From Pelagibacteraceae bacterium AG-404-N13 (GTDB lineage: Bacteria; Pseudomonadota; Alphaproteobacteria; Pelagibacterales; Pelagibacteraceae): a stretch of DNA of 64,000 bases. Below are positions 31,555-42,485 of this stretch, in pieces (within the stretch, counting starts at the first letter, position 1; each line of letters opens with the position of its first letter). Where the stretch lies: the NCBI GenBank assembly GCA_003216255.1, contig QCJD01000002.1:20474-84473 (forward strand). Reading direction: 5' to 3'. The notes under the pieces are model-generated. The model had not been told where the DNA came from. It saw only the letters and a program-made list of their open reading frames with translations, and did no database searches. The position numbers were made by a program, and so were the translations under genes.

Positions 31555-32528
31555 TAATTAAATCATTTGAATTAGACAAAATAAAATTAACAAAAAATAA
31601 TCTTATTCTTCTTTACGGTTCTAACCAAGGTCATAAAAACCAAGTAATTAAAGAGTTATTTGTAAAAGTTTTTAATGGTCAAGTTTGTAGATTAGATGAG
31701 AGTGAGATACTAAATAATTATGAGGAATTCATATCTAGTATAATAAATAAATCTCTTTTTGAAGATAATAAATTGATAATAGTTTCTAGAGCAAGTGAAA
31801 AAATTATTAAATTAGTTAATGAAATTTTAGAAAGAAACGTTGAAAATATAAAAATTATTATTAATTCTGATAATTTAGAAAAAAAATCAAAGTTAAGAGC
31901 TTTATTTGAAAAAGAAAAAAATCTCACTTGCATTCCATTTTATGAAGATAACGAAAAAAATTTGAGTTCATTAGCTCACACTTTTTTTAGAAAAAAAAAC
32001 ATAAAAGTTTCACAAGAAATAATTAATTTGTTAGTTGGAAGATCTAGAGGAGATAGAGCAAATCTTTTTAATGAATTAAATAAAATTGAAATCCTATCAA
32101 TAACCAAAAAAAATATTAGTCTAGATGATGTATTAAAATTGACAAATTTATCAGAAAATTACAGTGTTTTTGAGCTTGTTGAAAATTACTTAGCAAAAAA
32201 TAAGAGGCAAGTTTCAAAAATATTAAATGAAAATAATTTTGCAAATGATGAGTGTATTTTGATTTTAAGAACAATATTAAACAGGTCAAAAAGATTACTT
32301 AAACTTAAGGAAAGCGAGAATAAAATAGGAAATATTGATTTAACTATATCATCATTTAAACCACCTATATTTTGGAAAGAAAAGGATCTTGTAAAAAAAC
32401 AGATTCAATCGTGGTCAAGAAATGAAATAAAAAATATCATTTATAGAATAAACGATCTTGAAATTTTAATCAAAAAAAATTCAAATAATTCAGTTAATTT
32501 TGTTTCTGATTTTGTAAGCAATTATTAA
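31551..32528 (+). CDS. holA: DNA polymerase III delta subunit
   Basis: LLYG, SLF, LEKKSKLR..FEK, PPIFWK; synteny. Confidence 0.9.
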   Translation: MIIKSFELDKIKLTKNNLILLYGSNQGHKNQVIKELFVKVFNGQVCRLDESEILNNYEEFISSIINKSLFEDNKLIIVSRASEKIIKLVNEILERNVENIKIIINSDNLEKKSKLRALFEKEKNLTCIPFYEDNEKNLSSLAHTFFRKKNIKVSQEIINLLVGRSRGDRANLFNELNKIEILSITKKNISLDDVLKLTNLSENYSVFELVENYLAKNKRQVSKILNENNFANDECILILRTILNRSKRLLKLKESENKIGNIDLTISSFKPPIFWKEKDLVKKQIQSWSRNEIKNIIYRINDLEILIKKNSNNSVNFVSDFVSNY

Positions 32529-33376
32529 TAATTATTTTTGATAACTTGAATTAACCTTTCCATTTGATCTAAACCTTTATATTTAAAAGTTAATGTGCCT
32601 GAGTTATTTTTATTATTATTTATATAAACTCTCATGCCAATTTTTTCCATAAGCTGATTTTCTATATCTTGTATGTTTGAATCTTTATTTTTTTTAAAAG
32701 TTGATTTAATTGTTTTGGTAAATCTTACTAGAGCTTCTGCTTGTCTTACTGATAATTTTTTTGATATTATTTTTTCAGCTAATAACTCTGCATTTTCTAC
32801 TCCAACTAAAATTTTAGCATGACCTTGGGATATTTTCTCATTGGTAATGTGTTCAATTATTTTTCTAGGTAGGCTTAATAATCTCAAACAATTAGATACA
32901 TGAGCTCTACTTTTTCCAATAAATTTTGCTACCTTTTCTTGATCGTAGCTAAATTCATCGATTAATCTTTTATACCCTTCGGCTTCCTCTATAGGGTTTA
33001 AATCTTTTCTTTGAACATTCTCAACTATAGCAAATTCAAGGGATTTTAAGTTATCGGCCTCTATAACTACTGCTGGTACTTTATGCAGTCCTGCTTTTTG
33101 TGCTGCTTGCCATCTTCTTTCTCCTGCTATTATTTCAAATTTATCAATTATATTTTCTGATTTTCTAACAATGATTGGTTGGATGATTCCTCTCTCTTTA
33201 ATTGAATTAGTTAATTCTTCTAAACTTTCTTTTTCAAAAACTTTTCTTGGTTGGTATTTATTTCTAATTATAGAACTAATAGAAATTAAAGTTCTATTTT
33301 CTTTAACTTCACTATCTCCTATAAGAGAAGAAAGACCTCTTCCTAGACCTTTCTTTGTTTTAAAGGGATTTATCAT
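32525..33376 (-). CDS. parB: Chromosome partitioning protein ParB
   Basis: GLGRGLSSL, QPR, IIAGERRWQA, ENVQRKDLNPIEEA, HTH. Confidence 0.97.
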   Translation of the reverse strand: MINPFKTKKGLGRGLSSLIGDSEVKENRTLISISSIIRNKYQPRKVFEKESLEELTNSIKERGIIQPIIVRKSENIIDKFEIIAGERRWQAAQKAGLHKVPAVVIEADNLKSLEFAIVENVQRKDLNPIEEAEGYKRLIDEFSYDQEKVAKFIGKSRAHVSNCLRLLSLPRKIIEHITNEKISQGHAKILVGVENAELLAEKIISKKLSVRQAEALVRFTKTIKSTFKKNKDSNIQDIENQLMEKIGMRVYINNNKNNSGTLTFKYKGLDQMERLIQVIKNNY

Positions 33377-34173
33377 GCTGCACTCTCCACTAGCTTATCT
33401 TGATTTAAAAATTCTTCTGCAAAATTAAAATATGATTTACTACCAGGACAAGTTTTATCATATATTAAAACTGGGACACCATGCGAAGGTGCTTCTGACA
33501 ATCTCACGTTTCTGGGTACAACTGATTGGTAGACTTTTTCTTTGAAATAATTTCTTGCTTCCTTTTCAACCTCACCTGACAACTTATTTCGTTTATCATA
33601 CATGGTTAACAAGATCCCTCTTATTGATAAATCTGGATTTAGATTATTTTTTATTCTCTCAATAGTTTTCATGAGTTGAGTAAGTCCCTCAAGAGCGAAG
33701 AATTCTGTTTGTAATGGAACCACTAGAGCGTCTGAGGCTACTAAAGCCATTATAGTTAGAAGACTTAGTGATGGAGGGCAATCTATAAGGATATAATCAT
33801 AAGGTGCTCTAGAATCATTTAAAATAGAGGTTAATTCATCTTTTAGTTTAAACGCTCTTCGGCTATCACCAGCCGTCTCAACTTCAAGGCCTGACAAATC
33901 TACATTTGAAGTCACCAAATTCAAATTCTCAAATCTTGTCTGCTGAATTACCTCTGTGATTTTCTTATTTCCATTAAGCACACTATAAATTGTCGTTTCA
34001 GAACTTGCTGTGTTAGACAATCCTAGGCCTGTTGTAGCATTACCTTGTGGATCCAGATCGATTACTAAAATTTTTTTTCCTTTCATAGACAATCCAGCTG
34101 CAAGATTTATTACTGTAGTTGTCTTCCCCACTCCTCCTTTCTGATTAATGATTGAAATAATTTTTTTATCCAT
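33373..34173 (-). CDS. parA: Chromosome partitioning ATPase ParA
   Basis: NQKGGVGKTT, DLDPQGNAT, DCPPSL, RLSEAPSHG. Confidence 0.98.
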   Translation of the reverse strand: MDKKIISIINQKGGVGKTTTVINLAAGLSMKGKKILVIDLDPQGNATTGLGLSNTASSETTIYSVLNGNKKITEVIQQTRFENLNLVTSNVDLSGLEVETAGDSRRAFKLKDELTSILNDSRAPYDYILIDCPPSLSLLTIMALVASDALVVPLQTEFFALEGLTQLMKTIERIKNNLNPDLSIRGILLTMYDKRNKLSGEVEKEARNYFKEKVYQSVVPRNVRLSEAPSHGVPVLIYDKTCPGSKSYFNFAEEFLNQDKLVESAA

Positions 34174-34810
34174 TTTTTTTTTTTAAATTTGATATTTTAA
34201 TTATAATTGACTCAGAATTTGTTAAACTTTTTTTTTCTTCGTAATCAAATTCCCAATACTTAAGTGTCTCTTTCAATATTTTATTCCCACTCTTACCCAA
34301 AAATAAAATTATAAACTTAAATTTTTTAAAATTTTTTTTTGCAATATCAAAAATAATTGGCAAAGGTTTAAATGCACGAGCAATAATTACATCTGTACTT
34401 AAATTTTTTTCTTTAAAAATATTTTTTTGATAAACTTTAGTATTCAAATTAAATTTTTTTGACATATCAACTAGAAACTTACTCTTATGGTAGCTCTTTT
34501 CATAAAAAATAACCTTAAATTGAGGTTTTTTATGTTTCATCAAAATTGCTAAAACTATACCTGGTAGACCTGCACCGGATCCTAGGTCAGTACACGTATT
34601 TATTCCTATATTATCAATAAAATCAATGGTTTGTGCACTATCTATAATATGCCTTGAATTTATTGATTTTTCAGTGCTAGAACTTATTAAATTTATGTCT
34701 TTATTCTTTAGTATTATAGAATTACCATAATCATCTAGCTCTTTTAATGTTTCACGTGAAACATCGGAGATGTTAATAGCATTATTTTTTATAAAAATAG
34801 AATCAATCAA
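34166..34810 (-). CDS. rsmG: 16S rRNA G527 methyltransferase
   Basis: [20 protein letters not shown]; mnmG-rsmG-parAB order. Confidence 0.94.
   Translation of the reverse strand: MIDSIFIKNNAINISDVSRETLKELDDYGNSIILKNKDINLISSSTEKSINSRHIIDSAQTIDFIDNIGINTCTDLGSGAGLPGIVLAILMKHKKPQFKVIFYEKSYHKSKFLVDMSKKFNLNTKVYQKNIFKEKNLSTDVIIARAFKPLPIIFDIAKKNFKKFKFIILFLGKSGNKILKETLKYWEFDYEEKKSLTNSESIIIKISNLKKKNG
34748..34763. promoter_or_regulatory. parS centromere site (perfect)
   Basis: TGTTTCACGTGAAACA, exact 16-bp parS palindrome inside rsmG. Confidence 0.95.
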
Positions 34811-36678
34811 GCTATATGCTTAATAGACTTTCTTTTAAGATGAGACAACAAAATATATACAGCAGCAGGGGTAATTCCATCAATTCTTAAAGCTTGACCC
34901 ATTGTTTTTGGCTTAATTTGCTTAAATTTAAATTTAACCTCATTTGATAGACCTGAAAACTGGTCATAATCTAAATTATCAGGAATTATGAGATTTTCAT
35001 CCTTTTTAAAGGCTATTATATCTGCATTTTGCTTGTTTAAGTAACCTTTATAATGTGAGTTTATCTCAATTTGATCATCAATTTCACGTGAAACAAACTT
35101 AATTTCAGGCCATATTTCTCTAATTTTACTCATATTTACTGATTTCTGAGTTAGAATTTGAATAGCACTCCTTTTTACTCCATCTTTAGCAATTTTTACT
35201 CCGAAATTAGCGACTTTAGATGGTGATATCCTCAAATTTTCCATTTTAGATAAAGTCATTTTTAAATATTTATTTTTCTCAAAAAATATATTTTTTCTTT
35301 CACCTAGAACTAAACCTATATCAATACCTTTCTGGGTAAGCCTTATATCAGCATTGTCAGATCTTAGTGATAATCTATATTCAGCTCTTGAAGTAAACAT
35401 TCTGTAAGGCTCTGCAACACCCTTTGTTATAAGATCATCTATCATAACTCCAATATATGCTTCAGATCTATCTAGAATAAATGGCTCTTTTCCTTTGATA
35501 GAAAGAGCTGCATTGATACCAGCAATAAGTCCCTGGGCTGCAGCCTCTTCATAACCTGTTGTTCCATTAATTTGACCTGCAAGATATAAATTTTTAATTT
35601 TTTTAGTTTCAAGGGTTAAAAATAGCTCCCTTGGGTCTACAAAATCGTATTCAATAGCATATCCTGGTCTTAATATCTTAACGTTTTCTAAACCATTGAT
35701 TTTACTACATATTTCATGCTGCACATCTTCAGGGAGTGAAGTCGAGATACCATTTGGGTATATTGTGTTGTCATTTAAACCTTCAGGTTCTAAAAATATT
35801 TGATGCTTTTGTTTATCAGCAAACTTCACAATTTTATCTTCGATGGAAGGACAATATCTAGGACCAACACCTTGAATACTTCCTGAATACATAGCGCTGC
35901 GTTTTATATTTTTAGAAATTATTTTATGAACTGCTTCGTTTGTATAAGTCATCCTGCATGAAATTTGTTTATTAATATTTTTTCTTGTTAAGAAAGAAAA
36001 AAAATATGGATCTTCATCTGCGTGTTGTTCTTCTAAAATTTCAAAATTAATCGTGCTTGAATCTAATCTTGGAGGTGTGCCTGTTTTCAATCTACCAATT
36101 TTAAAATTATATTTTTTTAATTGTTCACTTAAACCTGTCGAAGGTTTTTCATTATATCTTCCTGCAGGAGTTTTTTTTTCACCTATATGTATCAAACCAT
36201 TCAAAAAAGTTCCTGTTGTTAGGATTATCTTTGAAGATTCAATTTCTTTACCCGATTGAGTAATAAATCCTTTTATATCATTTTTTTTAAATATAAATCT
36301 GATTACAGGGTCTGAAAATATGCTTAAATTACAATAGTTTACAAGTTTTTCTTGCATATATTTTTTATATAACGATCTATCACTTTGTGTTCTTGGTCCT
36401 CGGACCGCTGGTCCTCTACTTCTATTTAGTAATCTAAATTGAATTCCTGATTTATCTGCGACATCTCCCATAACCCCATCTAGTGCATCTATTTCTCTAA
36501 CAAGATGGCCTTTACCCAAGCCACCTATAGCTGGATTACAAGACATTTCTCCTATTGTTTCAAAGTTATGAGTAAATAATGCTGTATTAACACCCAATCT
36601 TGCTGAAGCAGCTGCAGCTTCACATCCAGCATGTCCACCACCAATTACAACTACATCAAATGATAAATCATTTTTCAT
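34807..36678 (-). CDS. mnmG: tRNA modification enzyme MnmG (GidA)
   Basis: [46 protein letters not shown]. Confidence 0.98.
   Translation of the reverse strand: MKNDLSFDVVVIGGGHAGCEAAAASARLGVNTALFTHNFETIGEMSCNPAIGGLGKGHLVREIDALDGVMGDVADKSGIQFRLLNRSRGPAVRGPRTQSDRSLYKKYMQEKLVNYCNLSIFSDPVIRFIFKKNDIKGFITQSGKEIESSKIILTTGTFLNGLIHIGEKKTPAGRYNEKPSTGLSEQLKKYNFKIGRLKTGTPPRLDSSTINFEILEEQHADEDPYFFSFLTRKNINKQISCRMTYTNEAVHKIISKNIKRSAMYSGSIQGVGPRYCPSIEDKIVKFADKQKHQIFLEPEGLNDNTIYPNGISTSLPEDVQHEICSKINGLENVKILRPGYAIEYDFVDPRELFLTLETKKIKNLYLAGQINGTTGYEEAAAQGLIAGINAALSIKGKEPFILDRSEAYIGVMIDDLITKGVAEPYRMFTSRAEYRLSLRSDNADIRLTQKGIDIGLVLGERKNIFFEKNKYLKMTLSKMENLRISPSKVANFGVKIAKDGVKRSAIQILTQKSVNMSKIREIWPEIKFVSREIDDQIEINSHYKGYLNKQNADIIAFKKDENLIIPDNLDYDQFSGLSNEVKFKFKQIKPKTMGQALRIDGITPAAVYILLSHLKRKSIKHIA
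35080..35095. promoter_or_regulatory. parS site (14/16 match)
   Basis: AATTTCACGTGAAACA inside mnmG, 332 bp from the perfect site. Confidence 0.8.
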
Positions 36679-36753
36679 AATTGTAATTTATTATTGATCT
36701 AATTTTTTACAAGAAAACAGTTTAAAAGTGACTAAAATGAAGTGATTTAATAC

Positions 36754-38085
36754 TTATTTACCAATACAAAAATCGTTGAAAATTGACCCTAAAATCTCCT
36801 CAACATCAACTTTACCTACTATAGTTCCTAGATGCCTTGTGGCCATTCTTAAATCCTCCGCTGCCTTATCAAAATCTTCTATTGAATTTTTTTTCTCAAA
36901 ATTGTTTAAATGAATTATACATTGTTCAAGATTTTGCCTATGTCTATCTCTAGTAATTAAAATATAATCTGATCTAATAAATTTTTTTTTTAATTTTTCT
37001 TTGATTGCACTTAATAGAATATCCAAATTTTTTTCTTCTTTAATAGATAAATATATTGGATTATATTTTTTTATTTTTTGATCTATTTTCTCAATCCCAA
37101 GATCAGATTTGTTGACAACTATTAATCCTTTTTCATTAATCAAATCATTCAAAAAACCAGTAAATTCAACACTATTTGGCTCGATTAATATTATGTTTAG
37201 ATCCGAATTTTCTGCTTTTTTTAAGGCTAATTTTATTCCTTTTTTTTCTATTTCATCTTTTGAATCTCTTATACCTGCAGTGTCTGAAATGATTACCGGG
37301 TAACCGTCTAAATTTAAATGAACTTCTATAACATCCCTTGTTGTACCAGCAATTTCTGAAACAATGGCAACATCTCTATTAGAAAGAAAATTTAATAACG
37401 ATGATTTACCTGCATTAGAAGGACCAACAATAGCAATCTTAAAACCTTCCCTTATAAGTTCTCCAACTTTTTGATCATTTAATATTTTTTTTATTTCTTC
37501 TTTAATTTTATTAGATTCAATCTTAACATTTTTAATTATATCTTCTGGAAGATCTTCGTCAGGAAAATCTATTTTAGCCTCAATGTTTGATAAAATATTT
37601 AATAGTCTTTCTCTTAATTCATTGAACTTTTTTGAGCTCCTTCCAGACATTATTTCGATTGCCTGATGTCTTTGCATTTCGGTCTCTGCAGAAATTAAAT
37701 CTGAGATACTTTCGGCTTTTAATAAATTTATTTTTCCATTTTGAAAAGCAAGCTTTGTGAATTCGCCAGGTTCTGCTAGTCTACAGTTTGCAATTTTTGA
37801 AACTGATGTATGAATAGCTTCAATCACAGCTACGCTACCATGAACATGGAATTCAGCCATATCTTCACCTGTGTAGCTCTCAGGTCCAGGAAACCATATA
37901 ACAATCCCTTCATCAATAACCTCTTTTGTTTCAATTTTACTGATTTTTTTGAGAGTCGCTTGCTTTGCCTTTGGAAAAGAGCCTGACGTCATTTTTGTAA
38001 TAATTTCTCTAGTTTCTGGGCCAGATATTCTAATTACAGCTATACCAGAAATTCCTGATCCAGAAGATAATGCATAGATTGTCAT
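36754..38085 (-). CDS. mnmE: tRNA modification GTPase MnmE
   Basis: GPSNAGKSS, GTTRD, DTAGIR, NKSD, C-terminal FCIGK. Confidence 0.98.
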   Translation of the reverse strand: MTIYALSSGSGISGIAVIRISGPETREIITKMTSGSFPKAKQATLKKISKIETKEVIDEGIVIWFPGPESYTGEDMAEFHVHGSVAVIEAIHTSVSKIANCRLAEPGEFTKLAFQNGKINLLKAESISDLISAETEMQRHQAIEIMSGRSSKKFNELRERLLNILSNIEAKIDFPDEDLPEDIIKNVKIESNKIKEEIKKILNDQKVGELIREGFKIAIVGPSNAGKSSLLNFLSNRDVAIVSEIAGTTRDVIEVHLNLDGYPVIISDTAGIRDSKDEIEKKGIKLALKKAENSDLNIILIEPNSVEFTGFLNDLINEKGLIVVNKSDLGIEKIDQKIKKYNPIYLSIKEEKNLDILLSAIKEKLKKKFIRSDYILITRDRHRQNLEQCIIHLNNFEKKNSIEDFDKAAEDLRMATRHLGTIVGKVDVEEILGSIFNDFCIGK

Positions 38086-38129
38086 AATATCAAATATAAC
38101 TAGTATTATATTTTATTATATATTTTTTT

Positions 38130-39011
38130 ATGATTATTTGGTTAGCATCTTATCCTAAAAGTGGAAATACGTGGGTTAGAACAATCATTAATCAAATAAT
38201 ATTCAATGATATAAAATCAAAAAATGAAGTTTTTGATAATTTATCAAGAATAAAAAGATACCCATCTAAAACTGACATGGTTGGATTGCCCCAAATTTCA
38301 AATTCGGGTGGTTTTACAAAAGAACAAAAAAAAGAGGTGATAGATTTTACAGTAAAATATTGGAAAAAAACTCAAGAAAATATAAATAAAAATAATAAAA
38401 CAAATATTTTAAAAACACATAATATGCTTTGTAATGTTAATTTAGATAAGTGGGATTATCCTTTTACAAATTTAGAAAATACATTGGGAGTTATTCATAT
38501 AGTGAGAGATCCTCGTAATATTGTAACTTCTATTAAAAATCATTTTTCACTTACTACTGAAGAAGAAAGTGTCGAAATGATTTGTGATAATTATAATTGG
38601 ACAGGTTTCACAAATAATGAAGTCCCACAGTTACTCTCCTCATGGGGTAACCATTATAATTCTTGGAAAAAATTTCCTAAAAATAATTTGTTAATTAAAT
38701 ATGAAGATTTGGTTTCAGATGTCAAAAAAGAAATTTTAAAAATAATGAACTATTTATCAAATTATTTTGAATATAAAATCTCTGATAAATTAATTGAAGA
38801 AATTGAAAGGAATACATCCTTTGAAAATTTTAAAGAACTAGAAAATTTAGGTAAATTTAATGAAAATTCTATAAATGAAATAACCGGTGAAAAGAAAACT
38901 TTTTTTAATTTAGGTCCACAAAATAACTGGAAAAAAATACTAAAAAAAAAAAGTATTAATAAAATTGAAATACAATTCAATAATGAAATGAATGAGTTAG
39001 GCTATTTATAA
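38130..39011 (+). CDS. PAPS-dependent sulfotransferase, copy 1
   Basis: WLASYPKSGNTW (5'-PSB), KTH, RDPRNIVTS (3'-PB), YEDL, FFNLG...W. Confidence 0.92.
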   Translation: MIIWLASYPKSGNTWVRTIINQIIFNDIKSKNEVFDNLSRIKRYPSKTDMVGLPQISNSGGFTKEQKKEVIDFTVKYWKKTQENINKNNKTNILKTHNMLCNVNLDKWDYPFTNLENTLGVIHIVRDPRNIVTSIKNHFSLTTEEESVEMICDNYNWTGFTNNEVPQLLSSWGNHYNSWKKFPKNNLLIKYEDLVSDVKKEILKIMNYLSNYFEYKISDKLIEEIERNTSFENFKELENLGKFNENSINEITGEKKTFFNLGPQNNWKKILKKKSINKIEIQFNNEMNELGYL

Positions 39012-39875
39012 ATGATTATTTGGTTAGCTTCATATCCTAAAAGTGGAAATACGTGGGTAAGGTATTTTATTATATCTCTTTTAGTAGACAATAAAGACAA
39101 TATGAACCTTAATCACCTAAAAGCTATAGCAACCTTTCCAACTAGATACCAATTTAAAGAACTAATCGAAGATCCTTATAACTTAGAAGAAATAAAAAAG
39201 AATTGGATAGCCGCACAATCAAAATTAATATCTGACAAACAATTAAGATTTTTAAAAACTCATAATGCCTTGTGTTGTTTTGGTAAAAATTGTTTTACAA
39301 ATTTAGAAAATACTCTTGGCACAATTTATATTGTAAGAGATCCAAGAAATGTGATCACTTCGTTAAAAAACCATATGAGTATAAGTAGTTATCAGGATGC
39401 ATTAAAATTTATAAGTAATAAAAACATGTCATTAGATAGCAGTAAATTAAAAGGCTTCGACAGAAAAACTTCAGATGATTTTCAATTAATTCAATTAATT
39501 GGAAACTGGAAAACTCATTATTTGTCATGGAAAAAATTTAAAAAAAATAAATTATTAGTAAAATACGAAAATTTAATAAATAACCCAAGTGTTGAGTTTA
39601 AAAGAATCTCTGATCATTTAGAGAAATTATTAAATACAAAATTTAAAGAAAGCCAAGTAGATAAAGCAATAAAAAATAGTTCCTTTACTAGATTGAAAGA
39701 AATGGAAGAAAAATATGGATTTTCTGAGGCTTCTACAAATGAGAAAACAGGCGAAAGAAATAAATTTTTTTATCTTGGACCAAAAAATGATTGGAAAAAT
39801 ATTTTAGATAAAAAAATTATTGATGATATAAAAAAAAAATTTGAACCTGAAATGAGAGAGCTGGGTTATCTATAA
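39012..39875 (+). CDS. PAPS-dependent sulfotransferase, copy 2
   Basis: WLASYPKSGNTW, KTH, RDPRNVITS, YENL, FFYLG...W. Confidence 0.92.
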   Translation: MIIWLASYPKSGNTWVRYFIISLLVDNKDNMNLNHLKAIATFPTRYQFKELIEDPYNLEEIKKNWIAAQSKLISDKQLRFLKTHNALCCFGKNCFTNLENTLGTIYIVRDPRNVITSLKNHMSISSYQDALKFISNKNMSLDSSKLKGFDRKTSDDFQLIQLIGNWKTHYLSWKKFKKNKLLVKYENLINNPSVEFKRISDHLEKLLNTKFKESQVDKAIKNSSFTRLKEMEEKYGFSEASTNEKTGERNKFFYLGPKNDWKNILDKKIIDDIKKKFEPEMRELGYL

Positions 39876-39876
39876 A

Positions 39877-40713
39877 ATGATCATCTGGTTAGCTTCATAT
39901 CCTAAAAGTGGAAATACATGGGTAAGAATTTTAATCAGTAGCATTATAAAATTTAAAGAAATAGATCCTAACAATCCATTTGCTCTAACAGACCAAATTG
40001 AAAGCTATCCAAATATAAAACATTTTTCTGACTTAGTTAAAGATATAAAAAATCCAGGTGAAATCATTCAAAATTGGGTAAATTCTCAAGATAAATTAAA
40101 TTTAGAAAAAAAAATAAAAATATTTAAAACACATAATTTATTAGGAAGTTTTGGTAAATACAGCTTTACAAACACAGACAATACTGCTGGGGTTATTCAT
40201 ATTGTAAGGGATCCGAGAAGCATTGTTTCATCATTAAAGAATCATTTTTCATTACAAGATATATATGCTGCTAAAAAATTTATTCTAGCAAAAGACAATT
40301 GGGTATATGGCGAAACAGCTGTTTTACCAACTTTTGTTTCATCATGGAAGATGCATTATTTATCATGGAAAAATTTTCCAAACAATTATTTACTGATAAA
40401 GTATGAAGATTTATTAAAAAATCCAAAAAATGAAATAAAAAAAATTTATAATTATTTAAAAAAATTTTTTCAATTAGATTTGAAAGATAAAGATTTAGAT
40501 AAGATTTTAAAACTCTCAACTTTTGAAAACTTACAAAAAAAGGAAAAAGAAGGTAAATTTAAAGAGAGCCTAGAACATTTGCAAACCAAAGAAAAAATTA
40601 ATTTTTTTAATTCTGGACCTTCTAATGACTGGAAAACACAATTAAATCCGGACTTGGCAAATGAATTAAAAAAAGAATTTTTTAGCGAGATGGAGGAATT
40701 GGGATATATTTAA
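39877..40713 (+). CDS. PAPS-dependent sulfotransferase, copy 3
   Basis: WLASYPKSGNTW, KTH, RDPRSIVSS, YEDL, FFNSG...W. Confidence 0.92.
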   Translation: MIIWLASYPKSGNTWVRILISSIIKFKEIDPNNPFALTDQIESYPNIKHFSDLVKDIKNPGEIIQNWVNSQDKLNLEKKIKIFKTHNLLGSFGKYSFTNTDNTAGVIHIVRDPRSIVSSLKNHFSLQDIYAAKKFILAKDNWVYGETAVLPTFVSSWKMHYLSWKNFPNNYLLIKYEDLLKNPKNEIKKIYNYLKKFFQLDLKDKDLDKILKLSTFENLQKKEKEGKFKESLEHLQTKEKINFFNSGPSNDWKTQLNPDLANELKKEFFSEMEELGYI

Positions 40714-40714
40714 T

Positions 40715-41986
40715 CTAAGATGGTTTGTTCATCGAATTAAAAAATTCGGCATTATTTTTTGTACTTTTTAATTTTGAATTTATAAACTCAATTGCATCCA
40801 TTGAGCCCATTGGGGCAATTATCCTTCTCAAAACATTCATTTTTTGCAAATCATTTTTATCGAATAATAATTCTTCTCTTCTTGTTCCGGATTTAGTTAT
40901 ATCAATTGCTGGGTAAATTCTTTTTTCTGATATTTTTCTATCCAATATTGTTTCGCTATTACCTGTTCCTTTAAACTCTTCAAAGATTACTTCGTCCATT
41001 CTACTGCCAGTGTCAATTAAAGCAGTGGCTATAATGGTTAATGATCCTCCTTCCTCAATATTTCTAGCTGCACCAAAAAATCTTTTGGGTCTTTGAAGTG
41101 CATTTGCATCTACACCTCCAGTTAAAACTTTACCTGAGCTTGGAACCACTGCGTTGTAAGCTCTTCCTAATCTTGTTATAGAATCAAGCAATATTACAAC
41201 ATCTTTTTTATGTTCGGTTAATCTTTTTGCTTTTTCAATTACCATTTCTGCGACTGCAACATGTCTTTGTGCTGGTTCATCAAAAGTAGAGCTTATAACT
41301 TCTCCTTTAACAGTCCTTTGCATATCTGTTACTTCTTCGGGTCTCTCATCAATCAATAAAACCATTAAATAACACTCTGGGTGATTTGCTGAAATCGAGT
41401 TTGCAATACTTTGTAAAATCATTGTTTTGCCTGCTTTGGGAGGCGAAATAATTAATGATCTTTGACCTTTTCCAATTGGACTCACAAGGTCTATTAATCT
41501 TGGGGTTAAATCTGGTTTTTTTTCAACTTTGTTTGACTCTACCTCCATTACAAATTGCTTATTCGGATAAAGTGGAGTTAGGTTGTCAAATGCAATCTTA
41601 TGTTTAAATTTATCTGGTTCCTCAAAATTTATTTTACTAACCTGTAATAGTGCAAAATATCTTTCCCCTTCTTTTGGTGATCTTATAGGACCTTCTACAG
41701 TATCACCGGTTCTTAAACCGAATCTTCTAATTTGACTAGGACTAACATAAATATCATCCGCACCTGGCAAATAGTTTGACTCCATAGCCCTTAAAAAACC
41801 AAATCCATCCTGAAGAAGTTGCAAAACACCACCGCCAGTTATTTCTTCTCCTTTTTCTGCTAATTTTTTTAAAATTGCAAAGTAGATTTCTTGCCTTCTT
41901 AAAGTGCTTGCGTTTTCGATTCCTAATTTTTCTGCTTCTGTAATTAACTTTTCAGAGCTTTTTTCTTTTAATTCTTGTATATTCAT
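40715..41986 (-). CDS. rho: Transcription termination factor Rho
   Basis: [34 protein letters not shown]. Confidence 0.99.
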   Translation of the reverse strand: MNIQELKEKSSEKLITEAEKLGIENASTLRRQEIYFAILKKLAEKGEEITGGGVLQLLQDGFGFLRAMESNYLPGADDIYVSPSQIRRFGLRTGDTVEGPIRSPKEGERYFALLQVSKINFEEPDKFKHKIAFDNLTPLYPNKQFVMEVESNKVEKKPDLTPRLIDLVSPIGKGQRSLIISPPKAGKTMILQSIANSISANHPECYLMVLLIDERPEEVTDMQRTVKGEVISSTFDEPAQRHVAVAEMVIEKAKRLTEHKKDVVILLDSITRLGRAYNAVVPSSGKVLTGGVDANALQRPKRFFGAARNIEEGGSLTIIATALIDTGSRMDEVIFEEFKGTGNSETILDRKISEKRIYPAIDITKSGTRREELLFDKNDLQKMNVLRRIIAPMGSMDAIEFINSKLKSTKNNAEFFNSMNKPS

Positions 41987-42047
41987 GTTTGGGGATTTTA
42001 CTTTGTTAGATGTCTTAAATATATATACTGATTAACAAAATTCAAGC

Positions 42048-42482
42048 CTATAAGGGTTTAAATATAACAATAAAAACTATTAAAATAAGCAAAATTGTTG
42101 GAATTTCGTTGATTATTCTATAAAATTTAGCTGTTTTTGTATTTTCTTTTGATTTTAACAATCTCATACATTTCCCAAGATATTCATGATAAATCGTCAA
42201 AATTATTACGAAAAGAATTTTAAGCTGTAACCACAAATAACCAAAGCTCTCTAAACCGTTTATCCAAATCAATATAATACCGAAAAGCCATGATAAAATC
42301 ATAGCTGGACGCATTATGTAATTATATAATTTTCTCTCCATGGTCTCAAAGATTTCGGTAGCTTGACTTTTTTCGAAATTCTCAACATGATAAACAAATA
42401 TTCTTGGCAAATATAAAAGTCCTGCCATCCAAGAAATTACTGCGATTAAATGAAGAGATTTAAATAAAAGATATCCGCTCAT
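42048..42482 (-). CDS. hemJ: Protoporphyrinogen IX oxidase HemJ
   Basis: KSLHLIAVISWMAGLLYLPRIFVYH, MERKL, NEIPT. Confidence 0.95.
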   Translation of the reverse strand: MSGYLLFKSLHLIAVISWMAGLLYLPRIFVYHVENFEKSQATEIFETMERKLYNYIMRPAMILSWLFGIILIWINGLESFGYLWLQLKILFVIILTIYHEYLGKCMRLLKSKENTKTAKFYRIINEIPTILLILIVFIVIFKPL

Positions 42483-42485
42483 ATA

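Larger units (their letters stand above)
38130..39923 (+). repeat. Three near-identical 47-nt gene starts (38130-38176, 39012-39058, 39877-39923)
   Basis: ATGATYATYTGGTTAGCWTCWTATCCTAAAAGTGGAAATACRTGGGT; copies 1/2 differ at 2 positions, copies 2/3 at 3. Confidence 0.9.

Noticed and set aside
38130-39923. Repeats considered as CRISPR or integron attC sites
   Set aside because: They are coding gene starts about 870 bp apart, not palindromic, and no cas or integrase gene is present.
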